Source of the DNA: Candidatus Helarchaeota ASGARD archaeon Hel_GB_B
GTDB lineage: Archaea; Asgardarchaeota; Lokiarchaeia; Helarchaeales; HEL-GB-B
DNA length: 32,000 nt
Assembly (NCBI GenBank): GCA_005191425.1
Contig: SUPR01000025.1
Location: forward strand, 1 to 32,000
Reading direction: 5' to 3'
Under the pieces are notes generated by a model that saw nothing but the letters and a program-made list of their open reading frames with translations, did not search any database and had not been told where the DNA came from. Shown piece by piece: positions 21,890-32,000 of the stretch. Every line of letters starts with the position of its first letter. Position 1 is the first letter of the stretch. The position numbers were made by a program, and so were the translations under genes.

Positions 21890-22993
21890 TTATAGACCAA
21901 TTTTCTTTAAATTTTTAATTGCTTCTACTTGTTTTGAATTTAATTTTTCTGGAATTGCTATATCTACCTTTATTAATAAATCACCATATCCTCGACCTCT
22001 TAACCGCGGCATACCTTTACCTGGAATTCGTAAAATAGTGCCACTTTTTGTTCGAGGTGGTATATTTAAAGTAGCAGTCCCATCCAAAGTATCAACTTTA
22101 ATAGAATCACCCAGTACAGCTTGAGAATAAGTAATTGGTATTTCTCTGTAGAGATATTCACCTTCTCTTTTAAATATTTTATGTTTATCGACATGGATTA
22201 TTACATAAAGATCTCCTGCTTCTCCACCAAGTCTTCCAGCTTGACCTTGACCTCTAACTTTCAAACTAATGCCTGTTTCAATTCCCTTAGGTATTTTCAC
22301 TTCAATTTTTCGTTCGACTTTAACAATCCCCTCACCATTGCATTTTGGACATTTTTTTCTAATAATTCTACCAGTCCCTTTACATCTTTTACAATCTGTT
22401 ATTGTGACTACTTGGCCCATAAATGATCTTTGTACCGTTTGTTTTTGGCCAGTTCCATTACAACTAGGGCATATTTCTGGCTGATAACCTGGAGCTGTTC
22501 CCTTTCCTGCGCATTTCATACAAGTTTCATAGTGTGGCACTGATATTTCTTTCTTAACCCCAGTATATGCCTCTTCTAAAGTTATATGCAAGTTGTATTT
22601 AATATTTGCTCCCTTTTCAGCTGTCCTACGTCTAGATGATCTAGATCGTCTCCCGCCCCCAAAAAATGTATCAAAAATATCGCCAAAACCACCAAATCCT
22701 CCGAAAATACTATTCATTAAGTCGTCCAATCTAATACTACTAAAATCGACAAAATTAGCACCTTTTAGTCCCTCATGGCCAAATTGGTCATAAATCCTTC
22801 TTTTCTCTGGATCTGAGAGTACTTCATATGCTTCTCCGATCTCCTTAAACTTTTCTGTCGCTTCTGGTGAATTATTTCTATCTGGATGATATTTAAGAGC
22901 TAATTTTCTGAATGCTTTCTTTATTTCATCGCTTGAAGCATTTCTTGAAACGCCCAATACTTCGTAATAATCTCTTTTATTCTTGCTCGACAA
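21890..22993 (-). CDS. dnaJ: Chaperone DnaJ (class A)
   Basis: J domain with HPD, G/F-rich linker, four CxxCxGxG repeats. The start is placed at TTG 22993 ([10 protein letters not shown]), 10 nt after a GAGGT SD, not at the ORF-track 23047. Confidence 0.97.
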   Translation of the reverse strand: MSSKNKRDYYEVLGVSRNASSDEIKKAFRKLALKYHPDRNNSPEATEKFKEIGEAYEVLSDPEKRRIYDQFGHEGLKGANFVDFSSIRLDDLMNSIFGGFGGFGDIFDTFFGGGRRSRSSRRRTAEKGANIKYNLHITLEEAYTGVKKEISVPHYETCMKCAGKGTAPGYQPEICPSCNGTGQKQTVQRSFMGQVVTITDCKRCKGTGRIIRKKCPKCNGEGIVKVERKIEVKIPKGIETGISLKVRGQGQAGRLGGEAGDLYVIIHVDKHKIFKREGEYLYREIPITYSQAVLGDSIKVDTLDGTATLNIPPRTKSGTILRIPGKGMPRLRGRGYGDLLIKVDIAIPEKLNSKQVEAIKNLKKIGL

Positions 22994-23162
22994 TGTAGGT
23001 TTGACCTCAATTAATATTTCTAATGTAATAATTTTGATAAAACCCAATAAATTTAATTATATAATGTTTAAAAACTTGTTTTAAATGTATTGAAAAATGG
23101 TCAAAAACATAAATTTTACAATTAGAAAAAAGAATTAAGAATTTTTAAAAAAATATAAAAAA

Positions 23163-25067
23163 TTATTTCTCATCATTATCGTCCACGACATCATATTCTG
23201 CATCTACAACGTCCTCTTCTTCAGGTGCTTGAGTTGTTGCTTGACCAGTTCCATAGTATTGTCCAGCTCCTGGCGTACCACCTACTCCGCCTGGCATACC
23301 ACCCGGCATACCCCCTTGCTGATAAATTTTTACCGATAATTCTTGGACTGCTGCAGTTAATTTTTCTATTCCTGATTTAATTTTTGCCACATCATCAGTA
23401 TTCATATCTTGTTTCAGTTGGTTAATAGCGCTTTCAATTTTACTTTTTAATGCGTCATCCATTTTATCTTGGTGTTCCTTCATTAATTTCTCAGTTTGGT
23501 AAATTAAAGATTCAGCTTCATTTTTTGTTTGGATTTTTTCGAGGATCTTTTTATCTTGCTCAACAAATTTTTCTGCTTCTTTTATCTTCTTTTGAATTTC
23601 TTCTTCAGATAATTTTGTTGAAGCTGTTATTGTTATTTTCTGTTCTTTTCCAGTACCGAGATCTTTTGCAGATACATTTAGAATACCATTTGCATCGATA
23701 TCAAATGTAACTTCAATTCTAGGGACGCCTCTCGGGGCAGGTGGGATACCTACTAGATGAAATTTACCCAATGTGATATTATCTTTTGCCATTGGTCTTT
23801 CTCCTTGAAGTACATGTATTTCAACTGCTGGTTGATTGTCTGCAGCGGTCGAGAAAATTTCACTCTTTCTAGTTGGAATTGTAGTATTACGTTCAATAAG
23901 TTTTGTGAATACACCACCCAATGTTTCAACTCCAAGAGAGAGTGGTGTAACATCCAGTAATAATAAATCCTCGACTTCACCTGTAAGGACTCCAGCTTGT
24001 ATTGCTGCACCCATTGCTACACATTCCATGGGGTCTATCCCACGTTCGGGCTCTCTTCCAAAGAAATCAGCGAATCGTTTTCTAACTGCAGGCATACGAG
24101 TTGGCCCTCCAACCAAGATTATATTGTTTATTTCATTTACACCGATTTTTGCGTCTTCAATTGCTCTCTTAATAGGGCCATCAAGTCGTTCAAGGACGGG
24201 TTCAATTAATTCTTCAAGTTTAGCGCGAGTCAATGTCATATTTAAATGTTTAGGGCCACTTGCATCAGCGGTTATATATGGTAAATTAATAGTTGTTTCT
24301 AAGACAGTTGATAGTTCAATTTTAGCTTTTTCTGCAGCTTCTACTACTCGTTGCATAGCCATTTTATCGTTTCTAATATCCACTCCTTCCTGTTTTTTGA
24401 ATTTTTCGGCTATGTAATCTACTAGAATTTTGTCCATATCAGTTCCACCTAACTGGGTATCACCAGAAGTTGATTTGACCTCGAAAACGCCATCACCCAT
24501 CTCCATAATTGTTACATCAAAAGTGCCACCACCAAGGTCTAAAATTGCAATTGTTAGATTTTTTCCTTTTTTATCAAGTCCATATGCCAAGGTAGCAGCA
24601 GTAGGTTCATTTACAAGCCTTTTAACATCTAACCCAGCTATTCTACCCGCATCCTTTGTAGCTTGGCGCTGATTATCATTGAAATAAGCTGGGACTGTTA
24701 TTACTGCTCCAGTTACTGGTTCTCCGAGAAATGCCTCCGCATCTTTTTTAATTTTCTGTAAAATCATTGCAGAAATGTCTTGTGGGGTGTATTCTTTTCC
24801 ATCAATTGTGATTTTATAATTGGTACCCATTTTCCTCTTAATTGCAGTAATTGTTCGTTCGGGGTTTGATATCGCTTGTCTACGAGCAGGTTCGCCCACT
24901 AATCTCTGTCCATCTTTTGTAAATGCTACAATACTAGGAAATGCTTTGCCATATAAAGTTGTGCCTTCTGCAGAAGGTATAATTACTGGTCTACCACCTT
25001 GTAATACAGCTGCTGCTGAGTTTGAAGTTCCCAAGTCGATTCCAATTATTTTTCCCATTATTCTCAT
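23163..25067 (-). CDS. dnaK: Chaperone DnaK (Hsp70)
   Basis: 'GIDLGTSNS', '[17 protein letters not shown]', 'DLGGGTFD', 'DVTPLSLG'; C-terminal GGMP repeats and 'EDVVDAEY'. The start may be ATG 25058. Confidence 0.98.
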   Translation of the reverse strand: MRIMGKIIGIDLGTSNSAAAVLQGGRPVIIPSAEGTTLYGKAFPSIVAFTKDGQRLVGEPARRQAISNPERTITAIKRKMGTNYKITIDGKEYTPQDISAMILQKIKKDAEAFLGEPVTGAVITVPAYFNDNQRQATKDAGRIAGLDVKRLVNEPTAATLAYGLDKKGKNLTIAILDLGGGTFDVTIMEMGDGVFEVKSTSGDTQLGGTDMDKILVDYIAEKFKKQEGVDIRNDKMAMQRVVEAAEKAKIELSTVLETTINLPYITADASGPKHLNMTLTRAKLEELIEPVLERLDGPIKRAIEDAKIGVNEINNIILVGGPTRMPAVRKRFADFFGREPERGIDPMECVAMGAAIQAGVLTGEVEDLLLLDVTPLSLGVETLGGVFTKLIERNTTIPTRKSEIFSTAADNQPAVEIHVLQGERPMAKDNITLGKFHLVGIPPAPRGVPRIEVTFDIDANGILNVSAKDLGTGKEQKITITASTKLSEEEIQKKIKEAEKFVEQDKKILEKIQTKNEAESLIYQTEKLMKEHQDKMDDALKSKIESAINQLKQDMNTDDVAKIKSGIEKLTAAVQELSVKIYQQGGMPGGMPGGVGGTPGAGQYYGTGQATTQAPEEEDVVDAEYDVVDDNDEK

Positions 25068-25102
25068 CTCTAACTTAGTTTTTATTTTTTATTTATTACA
25101 TA

Positions 25103-25822
25103 TTAATTATTTTTATTAACATCATTTTCTTTATTTTCATTATTTTCTCTTTTCTTTCTTGCTACTTTGACCATTGCTGGTCTTAAAATTTTATCTTTAA
25201 ACATATATCCTTTTGAAAGAACTTCAATGATATCATCTTCATTATAATCATCGCGCTCTTCTGTTATTAAACATTCGTGTTTAAATGGGTCGAATTTTCC
25301 CGAGCTATCGATTAATTTTAAACCTTCTTTTTCTAAAATATTATAAAATTCTTTATAAATTGACTTTATACCTTCTATAAATGGGTCATCATTTTTTTTG
25401 TCCACTGAATCTAATGCCCGCTCAAAATTATCCAATACATTTAAGAGCTTTTTTACCAATTGACCTGAAGCATAACTAATTGTTTCACTTTTCTCTTTCT
25501 CTAAAAACTTTTTATAATTATCGAAATCTGCTTGAACTCTCTGAAATCTGTCAAATAATTCATTATATCTACTTTTTTCATTTTGTATTTCTTGTTTTAA
25601 ATCATTATATTCTTGTAAAGATATTGTAATTTCTTTTGGAACATTTTCATCTTCCTGTTTTTTCTCATCTATCTCTTCATCTTCAATTAAAATTTCTTCA
25701 ATAGCGTCATTGTCTAAACTAACATCGGAAATACTACTATTACCTTCTTCACTGTGCAATAATTCTTCATTTTCATTGATACAATCTACATCAATATTAT
25801 CGTCTTCGTCATCATGACTCAA
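25103..25822 (-). CDS. grpE: Nucleotide exchange factor GrpE
   Basis: 'QRVQADFDNYKK', 'LLNVLDNFERAL', 'FDPFKHE', 'KGY...DKILRPAMVKV'; long acidic N-terminus; TTG start after a ggtga SD. Confidence 0.95.
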   Translation of the reverse strand: MSHDDEDDNIDVDCINENEELLHSEEGNSSISDVSLDNDAIEEILIEDEEIDEKKQEDENVPKEITISLQEYNDLKQEIQNEKSRYNELFDRFQRVQADFDNYKKFLEKEKSETISYASGQLVKKLLNVLDNFERALDSVDKKNDDPFIEGIKSIYKEFYNILEKEGLKLIDSSGKFDPFKHECLITEERDDYNEDDIIEVLSKGYMFKDKILRPAMVKVARKKRENNENKENDVNKNN

Positions 25823-25941
25823 CCAGTTTCACCATCAACATTTTTTAATCAATTTATAAATTACTAACTTTAAATTGTGTTATTTTTTTAATGTTTTATC
25901 AATAGAGTGTCAATACTTGAAAATGATGTTTGTTATTTTAA

Positions 25942-25985
25942 AGTCACATATTTTTAGTCACATATTTTAGTAATCACATTTATTT
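25942..25985. repeat. Short tandem direct repeats in the grpE-dnaK-dnaJ upstream region
   Basis: agtcacatattttt (25942-25955), agtcacatatttt (25956-25968), degenerate agtaatcacatttattt (25969-25985), adjoining tttataaa at 25983-25990. Confidence 0.75.
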
Positions 25986-26399
25986 ATAAAGTTTTGGCAT
26001 ATATTGTACCTTATTGTTTATAATTGTTTAAATAATATTTTTAGTTAATATCCTAATAATTTTATCAATATTGGAAAAAATTTGATAACAAAATCAATTT
26101 TAGACATAAATAGAACAAAATAAATTAATCATTAAACAAGTGAAATATTTATTATTTTTATCCTCAATTATTCCGTTAAACAATTAAACCATTTTTTGAA
26201 AATTATGCACTAATTTAAGAATAATTTACAATTTTTGTCAATTTTTTAATTAAAGAATTTAATATTTGATCAATATGATATGATTTATTGGCTAAAAAAT
26301 AATTGTTTAATATAATTATAAGTAAAATTTAAGAATTTTGGTCATTATTACGGAATTTTAAAATATATCTATCATAATATTCTTTAAAAATTAAGATTA

Positions 26400-27074
26400 T
26401 TATTCAATAAAAGTATCTATTTTTCTTTGCTTAATTTCTCGTTTAATATTTGATATCGTTTTCCAACTTTTTCTCACAAAATCTGGAAATTCTCTATTTT
26501 TTAGATAATAATTTTTTAAAAAAATTATAGTATTTTTATCTGAAGTATATCCACTCCCAAAATTAACATTGTATTTGATTTTAATTTTCTCAATTTCACT
26601 ATCCCGTATAACTTTGGCAATAATTGATGCAGCTCCTACTATAGGATAATTTTCATCGGATTTATGTTCACAAATTATTTCTATATTTTTTTTTATTAAT
26701 TTTTTAAAAAAATTCTCATACGCAGAAATATTATTACTGGGACAATCTAAAAATATTCTTTTAATGTTATGCTTTTTCAATAATTCGTTTGTCAATTGAG
26801 CTGAGATTTCTGCTTCAAGCCAATTAAGGTTTGAATTGTTGTCTTTTAAACATGCATCTATTTCTCTTGCTGAAATTATTCGATATTTATATATTACTTC
26901 TTTTTTTAAAATTTCATAAAGTTGCTCGCGTTTTTTGGGGCTTATTTTCTTACTATCCTTAACCCCCCAAAATATTAAATCGTTGATCATTGATTCTTTA
27001 GCCGCTACAATACACATGACCATCGGTCCAATTGCTGGACCTCTTCCACATTCATCAATTCCAGCTATAAGCAT
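26400..27074 (-). CDS. rnhB: Ribonuclease HII
   Basis: 'GIDECGRGP..GPM', 'DSKK', 'ASIIAKV.RD', 'GSGY'; C-terminal PIP-box-like 'QRKIDTFI'. Start set at ATG 27074. Confidence 0.95.
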   Translation of the reverse strand: MLIAGIDECGRGPAIGPMVMCIVAAKESMINDLIFWGVKDSKKISPKKREQLYEILKKEVIYKYRIISAREIDACLKDNNSNLNWLEAEISAQLTNELLKKHNIKRIFLDCPSNNISAYENFFKKLIKKNIEIICEHKSDENYPIVGAASIIAKVIRDSEIEKIKIKYNVNFGSGYTSDKNTIIFLKNYYLKNREFPDFVRKSWKTISNIKREIKQRKIDTFIE

Positions 27075-27234
27075 TGTTATAAAGCGCCCCAAACAAAATA
27101 TTTATTTTTTTCTTTTATGGAATAAATAAATATTAAAAATTAATAAATAGATTTCGGAATATTTTGGACTCTCATTATTGAAAATATAATAGCATACTAA
27201 TTGTATAAATATTTATTAGAAATTAAAAACGAAT

Positions 27235-28579
27235 TCATTTGCTTTTATATTTTAATTTTAATTCCTCTATATATGTCGTTATTTGAGGCAAAACCTTAAG
27301 TCGTGGATAAAAATATTCATTGATCAATTTAACTATTTGGTATCTTGATTCTGCAATTAAATTATTCCATTCATTGTCTGAAATATCACATATACCAAGC
27401 ACATCATCTCTTAATTTCATTAAAGCATCAACAATTTTTTCTTCTTCAGGGCCTTCACAGACTTTAATTACATTTTTTATGAGAGTATAAATTTGATTTG
27501 ATACTACTTTTCTATCGATAGGTGATTTTGGTAATCTTGCATCATTAATGGCATTAAGAAGACTCCAAACTTGGTATAATGCAGATGCTGGTTCATCAAA
27601 CAATTCCCTAGTAAATAATGCTTCCTTATGTGCACCTTTAAGACGGAAAATATTATACAAACGTTTTGCTACTTTGCCATAATTTTGGTTCTCTTCTTCT
27701 AAATAGTGTAAAACCTGCTTTTCTAATGCATTTAAATAATCATCAAGTTTTTTAGGTGTAAGATTTTCTTTTAATTTTGTAAATAGCGGAATTGAACTAG
27801 CTTCCAAATAGACTTCTTGAAAATAAGGGTCTATCTGCCCATCAAGTGGAATAATTTCTCCTTTAGGGCTTTCCCGGGTAATATCTAACATATTACTAAC
27901 ATTTATTACTCTATTTCTATCTGGCTCTACAATTAACCAATCTAACTTGCACCAACCAGGATCTAATTCTCCATATTCCCAATTTAACTTACGATCTTTA
28001 TTTTTGTCTTGGACTATCATAAACCCTTGTTGTACTTCATCAGCATTCCCAGAATTTGGTGTGCCTGCTTTTAACAATCTTCCATTTTTTTTTTTGAAAT
28101 TTGATTTAAAAGTCCCCCATTTTGCTTCAATTAATTGGTAAACCGGAGAATATAATTTGTCCAAAGCTTTTTTTTCTAATTATTTGACCACTTATTTTAC
28201 ATGCTTCCTCTTTTGTGGGGGCAATTATGTTTACTCTTTCAAAATAATCTAAATCTCCTGGAAACCTCTGAACTTTACCTTGAGCTGCAGAACCGGATAA
28301 ACTTATTGCCGTTTCTATTCCCTCGCTATTTGGAATTCCTACTATTTCTGCTATTTTCCTAAACCGTTCTAATTCCTTTGAATCGAAATCAATTAATTGG
28401 AACTCATGCCCATAAATACCTTGAGATTCATCTATAATAAGATCTTCTGGAGTTTCTTCTGCAGATTTTATATCTTTAAGCCATTTTATCGCTTTATCTT
28501 CATTTATTTCAACTCCTAGACGTTTAGCAGCTTCAATTATCTCCTTTATTTCATCTATATTTATATCTCCATTTTTCAT
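27235..28579 (-). pseudogene. Frameshifted gene for an uncharacterised ~447-aa protein with a Pol-beta-type nucleotidyltransferase motif
   Basis: Two overlapping ORFs (28127..28579 and 27235..28164) join as ...IRKK|ALDKLYSPVYQLIEAKWG... if one A is removed from the A8 tract at 28168-28175 (T8 on +). The N-terminal part carries 'LSG96S97AAQGKVQRFPGD109LD111YFE'. Confidence 0.7.
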
Positions 28580-29011
28580 TTTATTAAAAACTCCATTTTT
28601 TAAATGTATTATAAAATATCTTTCCCTTTTTCTAATATTTAAATTTTAATATATTGAACTTAAAATTCGGGGAAAAAAATGATATTTTTTTATCAAATAA
28701 TATTTATTCCAGTTAATAACTTATATTAAATAACATAAAAGCAATAATACATAATTTATAAAAATGAAATACCTAATTATTATATTTAATTGGTCATTTT
28801 TTGATTTTTTAATGAATCTTGATGCCGCAACACAAAAATTAACTTATATTCTTAACAATAAAGCATTTAAAAATTAAAAATTTAAATTCATTTTTTAATT
28901 AAATTGACTAAAAAAGAAAATATTCAAGTATCTAAAATAATATTATAGAAAATATCTATAAATTTTTATTAATTATGTCTCATTTAATCGAAGAAAAAAA
29001 GAGGTAAAAAT

Positions 29012-29752
29012 ATGGTCTGGAATAATTTTCATTATTTTTTGGGTTGTACCTCTATTGCATATAAAAAAACAGCATTAAATATGATCAAAATACTTGATGA
29101 GGCTAAAATTTCATATAAATTATTTGAAAATGAACCTTGTTGTGGTGGAATATTATTTTTACAAGGTAATTTGGAAGAAGGAATTAAAAAAGCAAAAGAA
29201 AATTTTCAATACTTCAAAAATAATAATGTATCTAAATTATTAGTTAATTGTCCAGAATGTTTATTAACATTAAAACAAGAATACCCTAAATATTTAGAAA
29301 ATTGGAATATTGAAATTAAACATACAACTGAATTGATAGCTGAAATTATTAAAGAAAAACTAATAAAACTAAATCCAATAAATAAAAAGGTTACTTATCA
29401 CGATTCATGCCATTTGGGACGATTTAATAATATTTATGAAGCTCCCAGATTTATAATAAAAAGTATACCTGAACTTAAATTTAAAGAAATGGATTTAAGA
29501 GGAGAATATTCTCAGTGTTGCGGTGGTACCATTAGAGACCCCTATTTTGAAGTAAGAAATGACCTAACACTTGATATTCTTAAGAGTTCAAGGCGAAAAG
29601 GTAAAATAATATTAACTGGATGCCCTACATGTCGATATAACTTTAATGCAGTTGCAGAACATTTCGAGCAAAAAATGAGGTCTGTTGATATAATTGACCT
29701 TGTCGCCTATTCTGCAGGTCTAATTTCCGAATTACCAATGAATAATGAATGA
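29012..29752 (+). CDS. CCG-domain Fe-S protein (LutA/HdrD/GlpC-like)
   Basis: Two CCG repeats: 'YFLGC...EPCCGG...NCPEC' and 'YHDSCHLGR...QCCGG...GCPTC'; GAGGT SD 6 nt before the ATG. Confidence 0.88.
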   Translation: MVWNNFHYFLGCTSIAYKKTALNMIKILDEAKISYKLFENEPCCGGILFLQGNLEEGIKKAKENFQYFKNNNVSKLLVNCPECLLTLKQEYPKYLENWNIEIKHTTELIAEIIKEKLIKLNPINKKVTYHDSCHLGRFNNIYEAPRFIIKSIPELKFKEMDLRGEYSQCCGGTIRDPYFEVRNDLTLDILKSSRRKGKIILTGCPTCRYNFNAVAEHFEQKMRSVDIIDLVAYSAGLISELPMNNE

Positions 29753-29767
29753 TATGAGGTAATTAAA

Positions 29768-31042
29768 TTGGATATATTTGATTTAGTTATGAATAAAATT
29801 GAAAAAGGTTTGAATTCACCCACTGATTTTAAGACAATTTTTAATATTGGTTATACAAATAAAATAGTTAATAATAAACGGGTCGAACCGCTAAAAAAGG
29901 AATTTACAAGAATTAAAAGATATTTTGTAGATCATTTTAACGAATTGACAAAAATTGCGATAGAAAATTTAGAAAAAAGAGACTGTAATGTAATATTAGC
30001 CAAAACCCAACAAGAAGCTCTTGATTATATTTTAAAAGAAGTAGAAAATGAAGACTTAATTGTAAAATCTAAAACTGAAACAGGCAAAGAAATTGGGTTA
30101 GTAGAATTTTTAGAGAAAAATGGCTTTAAAGGGAAAATAGTCGAAACCGACCTTGGAGACCGAATTATACAATTACTGAATGAGCGTCCATCAATTCCAA
30201 TGGGACCTGCAGTTCATTTAAGTCCAAAAGAAATATCTGACCGACTTTCTCAAATTTATAACATCGAGGTCGACCCCACTCCCCAAACTCTTGTAAACTT
30301 GGGGCGAGAAAAGCTCAGAAAGGACATTCTACGGGCAAATGTCTGCATTACGGGCGCAAATGTGATAGTAGCAGAAGATGGAATGATCGGTCTGATTGAA
30401 AATGAAGGTAATATTTCATTGATTACACGACTTGCTGCTAAACATATTTGTTTAACTGGTATAGATAAGATAGTACCTACCTGGTATGATGCAGTTACTA
30501 TTCTTAAAATGGCCGAAGCATCATTAGATTTAATGGGCGCTTACATTTCATTTATAAAAGGGCCCAGTCGTACTGCAGACATCGGAGGTGTAGAAGTAAT
30601 TCAAATGCAAGGCGCTAAGGAAGTTCATGTTGTTCTTTTGGACGATTACAGGTCTAAAATTCTAGGGACCGAGTTTGAACAAGCCCTTCAATGTATTAAT
30701 TGCGGAAGGTGTTTTTTGGCATGCCCATTAATTAAATCGATGGGACTCGATATTTTATCATCTAAATATTCGCGAGGACCTATTGGCCTTATAAAAACTT
30801 ACTTATTAGCAGAAAATGGCCTGGAAGAATCTATTAAAATGGGACTATTTGTTTGTACTTTATGCAAAAGATGCCAAATTAATTGTCCAAGTGAAATTAA
30901 TATCCCTGAAATGATTTTAAAACTTAGAGAAATGGCTATTCAAAAAGGTCTAATAATGAACACTTATAAAAACACACTTGCTTCTATTAAAAAATTCGAC
31001 AACCCTTTTTCTAAAAAAATGATGAAACAACTAAAATTCTAA
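29768..31042 (+). CDS. LUD-domain + 2x[4Fe-4S] protein (LutB/LldF-like lactate utilisation subunit)
   Basis: 'KSKT....EIGL..FLE......ETDLGD.IIQL....PS..MGPAVH', 'ITGAN..VAE.G....ENEGN', 'GIDKIVP', 'GPSRTADI', ferredoxin motifs CINCGRCFLACP and CTLCKRCQINCP; GAGGT SD before TTG. Confidence 0.88.
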   Translation: MDIFDLVMNKIEKGLNSPTDFKTIFNIGYTNKIVNNKRVEPLKKEFTRIKRYFVDHFNELTKIAIENLEKRDCNVILAKTQQEALDYILKEVENEDLIVKSKTETGKEIGLVEFLEKNGFKGKIVETDLGDRIIQLLNERPSIPMGPAVHLSPKEISDRLSQIYNIEVDPTPQTLVNLGREKLRKDILRANVCITGANVIVAEDGMIGLIENEGNISLITRLAAKHICLTGIDKIVPTWYDAVTILKMAEASLDLMGAYISFIKGPSRTADIGGVEVIQMQGAKEVHVVLLDDYRSKILGTEFEQALQCINCGRCFLACPLIKSMGLDILSSKYSRGPIGLIKTYLLAENGLEESIKMGLFVCTLCKRCQINCPSEINIPEMILKLREMAIQKGLIMNTYKNTLASIKKFDNPFSKKMMKQLKF

Positions 31043-31140
31043 GAAATCCTTTTAAATTAGACCTTTAACAACAACAAATTTAATAGAAATTGAATTATAA
31101 ATTTTTAACTTAAATTTAATATGACACTAACAAATATTGA

Positions 31141-32000
31141 TCATAATATTTCATTTCTTATTATTGTTTGATTTCTGTCAGGCCCTGTAGATATGATATC
31201 TACTGGAACTTTAGTCATTTCTTCAATTTTTCTAATATATTTCTTGCAATTATCTGGTAATTTTTCAAACTCTTTAATATTGGTTATATCTTCTTCCCAC
31301 CCCCCTATCTCTTCTAAAACTGGTCTACAATTATCTAAAAATGTCTGGTTATTAATAAAATAATCAAATTCTTTACCATCTAACTCATATTTTGTGCAAA
31401 TTTTTAATTTTTTTATCCCAGATAGTACATCTAATTTTGTAAGGACTATTGAATTGATATTATTAATATTAACCGAATATTTCAGTATTGGAATATCTAA
31501 CCACCCACATCGTCTAGGACGTCCTGTAGTAGAACCAAATTCCTTTCCCTTATTTTGTAAATATTTCCCAATATCGTCCTTTAATTCAGTAGGAAAAGGC
31601 CCATTTCCAACTCGTGTTGAATATGCTTTTGCTATTCCTATTATTTTATTAAATTGTATATTTCCAAATCCAGACCCCGTAAATATCCCCCCTAATGTTG
31701 AATTGCTAGAAGTGACATATGGATATGTTCCGTAGTCTATGTCCAGTAAAGTCCCTTGGGCACCCTCAAAAATAATTATATAGTCTGAATTAGAATTAAG
31801 CAATTTGAAAAAATAATGGTTCACATTTTCTACAAATGGTCTAATAATTTCAGCATAATTAATATATTCTTCTAATACTTTTTCATAATTAATAGGATCT
31901 CCATTATAAATTGATATTAACAATTTATTATAAAATTCAAGATTTTTCTTTAATTTATTACTAAAAATCTCTTTATTTATTAAATCTCCAATCCGTATCC
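31141..32000 (-). CDS. purA: Adenylosuccinate synthetase (5' partial)
   Basis: The frame is open to the window edge (IRIGDL...); 'FEGAQGTLLDIDYGTYPYVTSS', 'KAYSTRVGNGPFPTE', 'GSTTGRPRRCGWLD', 'TKLDVL', 'STGPDR'. Confidence 0.97.
   Translation of the reverse strand, partial: IRIGDLINKEIFSNKLKKNLEFYNKLLISIYNGDPINYEKVLEEYINYAEIIRPFVENVNHYFFKLLNSNSDYIIIFEGAQGTLLDIDYGTYPYVTSSNSTLGGIFTGSGFGNIQFNKIIGIAKAYSTRVGNGPFPTELKDDIGKYLQNKGKEFGSTTGRPRRCGWLDIPILKYSVNINNINSIVLTKLDVLSGIKKLKICTKYELDGKEFDYFINNQTFLDNCRPVLEEIGGWEEDITNIKEFEKLPDNCKKYIRKIEEMTKVPVDIISTGPDRNQTIIRNEIL

Noticed and set aside
23450-25119. Several alternative-frame and antisense ORFs inside dnaK (up to 193 aa)
   Set aside because: Antisense ORFs opposite Hsp70 genes are a well-known codon-pattern by-product; no independent support.
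25887-25913. CIRCE-like sequence TTGACACTC (minus strand, 25913-25905) upstream of grpE
   Set aside because: Only one half-site; the position 9 nt away does not resemble GAGTGCTAA, and no hrcA is in the window.

Overview
Very AT-rich, gene-dense archaeal chromosomal segment with no rRNA, tRNA, CRISPR array or transposase visible. Archaeal informational genes (rps8e, SRP19, Gar1, TFB, TFE-beta, Trm1, RlmE, RNase HII with a PIP box) are interleaved with bacterial-type housekeeping genes (gyrB-gyrA, grpE-dnaK-dnaJ, an E2 acyltransferase with lipA, LutA/LutB-like genes, cyclophilin, purA). A longin-plus-winged-helix protein points to an Asgard archaeon (Lokiarchaeia/Helarchaeales-like; inference). 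Most notable: (1) a 2-oxoacid dehydrogenase E2 fused in frame to a CxxC AhpD/CMD domain, followed by lipoyl synthase and with no E1/E3 nearby, a candidate single-chain lipoate-to-disulfide reductase; (2) a longin + 3x winged-helix protein resembling the eukaryotic GATOR1 subunit NPRL2; (3) gyrB with no canonical start codon for its conserved N-terminus (ATT/TTA behind a perfect Shine-Dalgarno); (4) an uncharacterised Pol-beta-type nucleotidyltransferase gene split by a frameshift in an A8 tract; (5) a toxin-antitoxin-like nucleotidyltransferase pair; (6) tandem repeats over the grpE-dnaK-dnaJ promoter. All family assignments come from motif recognition by eye and from memory; no database search was run.
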